In this document: positions 58,727-64,000 of the stretch, one piece after another
Layout: the number at the start of each line of letters is the position of its first letter
How positions within the stretch are numbered: the stretch's first letter is position 1
Source of the DNA: Octopus vulgaris
Taxonomy: Eukaryota
Reading direction: 5' to 3'
Length of the DNA: 64,000 nucleotides
Assembly: GCA_951406725.2 (NCBI GenBank)
Contig: OX597816.1
Coordinates: 70,432,001 to 70,496,000 of the forward strand
Position numbers and translations under genes: made by a program
Notes under the pieces: generated by a model
The model's input: only the letters and a program-made list of their open reading frames with translations
Databases searched by the model: none
Told to the model about the DNA's origin: nothing

Positions 58727-59245
58727 TTTTTGTGGTTACTATTTGTAGCAGACAATTGACCAAGAAGATGTTCATCCGTTGACGCGATGCCTGAAGGTTT
58801 TGTCTTGTTGTAAATTAATGGGCTGAGAGAGCGACAGCTATAAGAAGCAATACGCAGAGACATTGCCTGGGTACAGACCTTCGTCTGTTCGAGTAGACGA
58901 ATGTTACACAAACAACGATTCGGCTATATTATGACTCATGAATATTTGACTCCAGTTATAGAGAAAGGAATCCAAAACAAGCCTTTGGACCCTATTTTGA
59001 TCCCAGTGGGCATCACACTGGGCAAGTATCATCGGCCAAAGATTTTTGAATACTTTAAAGTATTGTGTTTCATATTAGATCTGTGGGAACCTGTTCTGTC
59101 CAACACATATCTAAGCATAGGCACATATACACGCGCGCGTGTGTGTATGTATGCATGTATGTATGTATGTATACAAAGAGAGAGAGAGAATAAAAGTTGA
59201 CATGCACAAATTCGGGGAAGAGTTCATATTTAAATTTTGCTCAAC

Positions 59246-59872
59246 AGTCTGCGTTTAGCCCCTTGTGGGTAGTAAAGAAATATTTATTTCGTCTGTCTTT
59301 ACGTTCTGAGTTCAAATTCCGCCGAGGTTGACTTTGCCTTTCATCATTTTGGGGTCGATAAATTAAATACCAGTTGCGTACTGAGGTCGATTTAATCGAC
59401 TATCACCCTCCCTAAAAATGTCGGGCCTTCTGCCTAGAGTAGAAAAGAATATTTCTATTAAAGAAGGCGACGAGCTGGCAAAACGTTAGCACGCCGGGCA
59501 AAATGCTTAGCGGTATTTCGTCTGCGTTACGTTGTGAGTTCAAATTCCGCCGAGGTCGACTTTGCCTTTCATCCTTTCGGGGTCGATAAATTAAGTGCCA
59601 GTTACGCACTGGGGTCGATGTAATCGACTTAATACCTATGTCTGTCCTTGTTTGTCCCCTCTGTGTTTAGCCCCTTGTGGGTAATAAAGAAATAGGTATT
59701 TCGTCTGTCTTTTACGTTCTGAGTTCTGATTCCGCCGAGGTCGACTTTACCTTTCATTCTTTCGGGGTCGATAAATTAAGTACTAGATGTGTATTGGAGT
59801 CGATCTAAACTATTCATCTTTTGTGGCCCCCTCCACAAAAATTCCGGGCCTTGTTTCTAGAGTAGAAAAGAA
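59246..59872 (+). mobile_element. Two tandem SINE family 1 copies (first truncated, second dimeric)
   Basis: Second head at 59466; the body is repeated three times in total. Confidence 0.85.
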
Positions 59873-60319
59873 TATAGAGAGATAGGACTCGGTAAATAGA
59901 AAGAGCAGTTCATTCTTTAACCAAGATGGCGTAGATGATGTTTTGTGTGTCGTATGTAAAGAAGTTAACTTAGAACAAAGGAAATCTTACACACGGCAGC
60001 AATTATGAAGCACTAAGATATAGCAAAGATTAATTAAATCGTTGAGAAATCAAAGGTTTAATTACCCGCTGCTGTATTCCATTGCTTTGTTTATCAATGG
60101 AAACACGTTTCCCTGCAATGTGCTTACGAATAACAGAAATAATCAGAGACTACAAGTTTGCGAAAATGTGGAACCAAGTTTCGGTTAGGTCGTGGACAGT
60201 ATTAATACTATAGCATTCGTAGCACAGGTTATGTCATTAATATAAATGTGCGTGTTGTGTATGGGTGTAGGAATGTCAGTATATGCACATATACGTGTGT
60301 GCGTGTGTGTGTACGGATC

Positions 60320-60390
<71 letters not shown>

Positions 60391-60924
60391 CTGTGTGTAT
60401 GTTTGCATACAGACAGACACATAGATAGACAGAAACAGAAAAGAAAGAAGGAAGGAAGGAAGGAAGGAAAAAGGAAGAAAGGAAGAAAGAAAGAAAGAAA
60501 GATGCCCGTATATATGAGTGTATAAATGTATGCATGTATGAGTGCATGTATGTGTGTGACGTGTGTGTTAGAGAGAGGAGAAATGACTATTTCTCAGAAA
60601 GAGAGGTGTTTATACTTTTATACCCTGCCGATACAATTACTATTCATCTTAGTTTTTTTTATATTGGAATTAGAGGGAGATAATTAGTATCATACATCTT
60701 GTTATAATAATGAGCTTCTACAACCTTAGGAAATGACTAGAGCATTAATGGCTTCTACAACCCTAGATAATGACTAGAGTAAATTTAACCTTAGCGGGGT
60801 GGGAGATTAATGTGTACAGAAACGAAGCTAAATGTTACAAGGGATCAAGTCTAAGCATATCCATCCTTGTCTCCAATACATGCTAAAGTAATAATATTAG
60901 TCCATTATTTACATTCCTTTTTTA

Positions 60925-61316
60925 TATTTCAGTCATTTGACTTCGGTCATGCCGGAGCACCGCCTTTAGTCGAGCAAATCGACCCCAGGACTTATTCTTT
61001 GCACGCCTAGTACTTATTCTATCGGTCTTTTTCGCCGAACCGCTAAGTTACCGGGACGTAAACACGCCAGCATCGGTTGTCAAGCGATGTTGGGGGGGGA
61101 ACAAACACAGACACACAAGCATATACATACATATATATAAATATATATATATACGACAGGCTTCTTTCAGTTTCCGTCTACCAAATCTACTCACAAGGCT
61201 TTGGTCGGCCCGAGGCTATAGTAGAAGATACTTGCCCAAGGTGCCACGCAGTGGGACTGAACCCGGAACTATGTGGTTGGTCAGCAAGCTACTTATCACA
61301 CAGCCACTCCTGCGCC
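60925..61316 (-). mobile_element. SINE family 2
   Basis: Family motifs. Confidence 0.88.
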
Positions 61317-62759
61317 ATTATTTACATTTGACGGATATTTGTCCTCATCTTGTTTGTTGTTAACACAACGTTTCGTCATTGGTTAATGTTGCTTTTATTC
61401 CACTGAATAATTATTTCTGCTTAGATTCTTAATGTTTTCTTAAATTTAATTTTACACTAAACTTAATTATCAGTTTTCAAGCAGATAGCATCTCTGAGTT
61501 ATTTATTCTTCTGGATCATTCTTCTACACCAGCGTACGTATAATTTTCTACACTTTCTTCATGATTATTCCGTCACTAATTTATCAAGAAGATCTGATCG
61601 ATCTGGGTTAAGATCGAAACCGTGCCAGCAGTTTTCCTGCATAGTATCCAATGAATCTTTCATACATACGTGTGTGTGTATGTGTGTGTGCGTGCATAAA
61701 TATAGTGTACTTTGAGGTGAGATTTGTTCGGCATTTCTACCAGATTGATCAACCACCCTTGCCTCTTCCTCGTTATCTTGAACTGTAATCAATCGAATCG
61801 ACGTTTATTATATAATCTATGGCTGATCCGATACTAGAATGATAGAAGGCAACGTCGATTCGGGTGGAATATATGATGACAAGACCAAACTGAATACTTC
61901 TGATATTTTGTATCATCTCAACTACATCGAGCGACATCACAGAAGAAAATTAGATAACAACCAATGCAAATTAATGTGCAATTTTAAAATCCCTTATCTG
62001 ATCGTGCTCAGCAAAAATTACAGGATTAATAGTGAAAAATTTTTCCGACGTTACACAAAGAGAAGATAAATAATATTTCATCAGAGTGGTTACATTTGTC
62101 TTTTGATAGGAAAACTGGGTAATAAACAGAAGATCGAGAACCGAGAGGAAGAATAAAACAAAAAGTAATTAAAGAGAAGCAAAAAGAACAGTTTTTAAAT
62201 TAATCAAACTTAATGGTCTGATCACAAAATTAAGCATCGTTTTATAATTCGACCGAACACTTTGCTATATATAATAGTTTTAAAATGCAAAATCCGTGAC
62301 AATCAAAAATTTAAAACAAAGCTAATTTTTTCTTTCTTTTTTTTTTTCACTTTATTGTGAATAAAACTAGGGAAAAAATAAGAACTAAATAACATTTTGC
62401 TGATAATTTTCAATCTTTATCGCACATATAGCATCTATAATGTATAGTAGAGAAATACAGAATTGCTTTTAAGGGTTCTGATTGAGCATTTCGCTAGACA
62501 GGTTTTAGGATAGTTTTAAAATGGAAATCGATATCAAAGAGGGAAAAGTGGGGGGGGGGAATAAGTATTCTTTTGTATAACTTCATGTATATGAATACGT
62601 ATGCAACTATACTCGCTAGTATTTAAGAGTGCATTATAAGAATGTATGCAATTATAAATAAATGAATGGACTGGTTGCTACATTTTAGCAAACCCGACAT
62701 GCACTTCCCGCCGATATATTTATGTATCTATATTTAAGGTAGTTTTCAATACATGCTAA

Positions 62760-63037
62760 AGGTTTTGTTGTTTGTTCCTCTCGTAAGGGCCGGACTCCCG
62801 GTTTCCTTGGCGTATAGGGACGGGACGCCTGTCCGTCGCAGGTGAACTGCAAGAGAAAAGAGTGAGAGAAAGCTGTGGCGAAAGAGTCAGCAGAAGTTCG
62901 CCATTACCTTCTACCGGAGCCGCGTGGAGCTTAGGTGTTTCGCTCATAAACACACACATCGCCTGGTTTGAGATTCGAACCCGCGATCCCTCGACCGTGA
63001 GTCCGCTGCTCTAACCACTAGGCCATGTGCCTCCACT
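62760..63037 (-). mobile_element. tRNA-derived SINE related to family 3
   Basis: Minus head gtggaggcacatggcctagtggttagagcagcggactc..ggttcgaatctc; gctccggtagaaggtaatggcgaac segment. Confidence 0.85.
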
Positions 63038-63124
63038 ACTAAAAGTATAGTGCTTTTAAATCGTTTATTCTAGAGATCACACTGCAAATTCGACTTCATG
63101 TTATTTAATACTATGTGTTCATAA

Positions 63125-63499
63125 GGCGTCGAGCTGGCAGAAACGTTAGCACGCCAGGCGAAATGCGTAGGCGTATTTCGTCTGCCGTTACGTTCTGAGT
63201 TCAAATTCCGCCGAGGTCAACTTTGCCTTTCATCCTTTCGGGGTCGATAAGTTAAGTACCAGTTACGCACTAGGGTCGATGTAATCGACTTAATCTGTTT
63301 GTCCCCTCTGTGTTTGTCTCCTTGTGAGTAGTAAAGAAATATGTATTTAGTCTATTTTTACGTTCTGAGTTCAAAGTCGGCTTTGCCTTTCATCCTTTAG
63401 GGATCGATAAGTTAAGTGACAGTTGTGTACTAGAGTCGATTTAATCAACTGGCCTCTACCCCCAAAAATTTCGGGCCTTGTGCTTAGAGTACAAAAGAA
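63125..63499 (+). mobile_element. SINE family 1 (dimeric form)
   Basis: Same architecture as 2361-2737. Confidence 0.88.
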
Positions 63500-63885
63500 C
63501 ACTAGCGTTCAACTCCCTTTCGTAAGGTTTTTTTTTTTTTTTTACAAAAGCATATCATTCGTTAGAAAATCTATCTGATATAGAATTTTGTCTAAAGATA
63601 CAGTATATATGTACTTGGAATTATTGCAAAATAAGTTTTTATGAGCTTGAAAATTGCTAAAAAGTCATCTTTGAACGATACCATTTTTACCATTAGAAAA
63701 CATTAGATAAATATTTCGTAACATTTTGATTTTAAGATTTTATAGCAATTTGTTTCGTGCTAGACATTAGTGTTGGGGAATGAGATTGGCTTTGTTGTCA
63801 AAGGAAGTCTTCCACCTCATTCTTCTACCTACAGTCTCCGTTTTTTCAATGAGAAACTTCGTATGTATGTGGATGCATACATATG

Positions 63886-63951
<66 letters not shown>

Positions 63952-63965
63952 CATATATGGATGTG

Positions 63966-64000
<35 letters not shown>

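Noticed and set aside
58702-58911. SLRIASYSCRSL as a LINE APE endonuclease start
   Set aside because: Only one short motif matches and no downstream APE motifs were found.
61585-61626. gatct...agatc-gaaaccg hammerhead-like stem
   Set aside because: No CUGANGA core in register and only one instance.
62960-63037. Functional tRNA genes at SINE heads (also 32045-32120 and 12210-12286)
   Set aside because: They continue into SINE bodies and have imperfect acceptor and anticodon arms.

Overview
Eukaryotic, AT-rich, microsatellite-dense repeat region. The SINE families resemble those I recall from octopus, so the organism is an inference. I cannot support any host protein-coding gene, and most short ORFs in the track are translations of simple repeats. 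The window holds: (1) a ~10 kb cluster (15.9-25.6 kb) of R4/Dong-like non-LTR retrotransposons with a restriction-like endonuclease (RLE). They fall into three families, are all 5'-truncated, and all sit in (AAT)n in the same orientation; two copies are near-identical with intact RT, CCHC and RLE reading frames. (2) A non-coding ~560 bp element also found only in (AAT)n. (3) Four fragments of a different RLE retrotransposon group that all begin directly after (CATA)n. (4) An ORF1-only (HAL1-like) 2.2 kb element inserted with a 15 bp TSD into the head of a tRNA-SINE. (5) Short (TA)n-associated elements carrying minimal hammerhead-ribozyme-like motifs, plus a decayed Penelope-like GIY-YIG element. 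(6) Decayed Tx1/L1 RT, a Helitron-type helicase remnant and a DD41D-derived foldback transposon. (7) Many tRNA-derived SINEs. The main theme is that different retroelement groups partition different microsatellite or SINE targets. All alignments and translations were done by eye.
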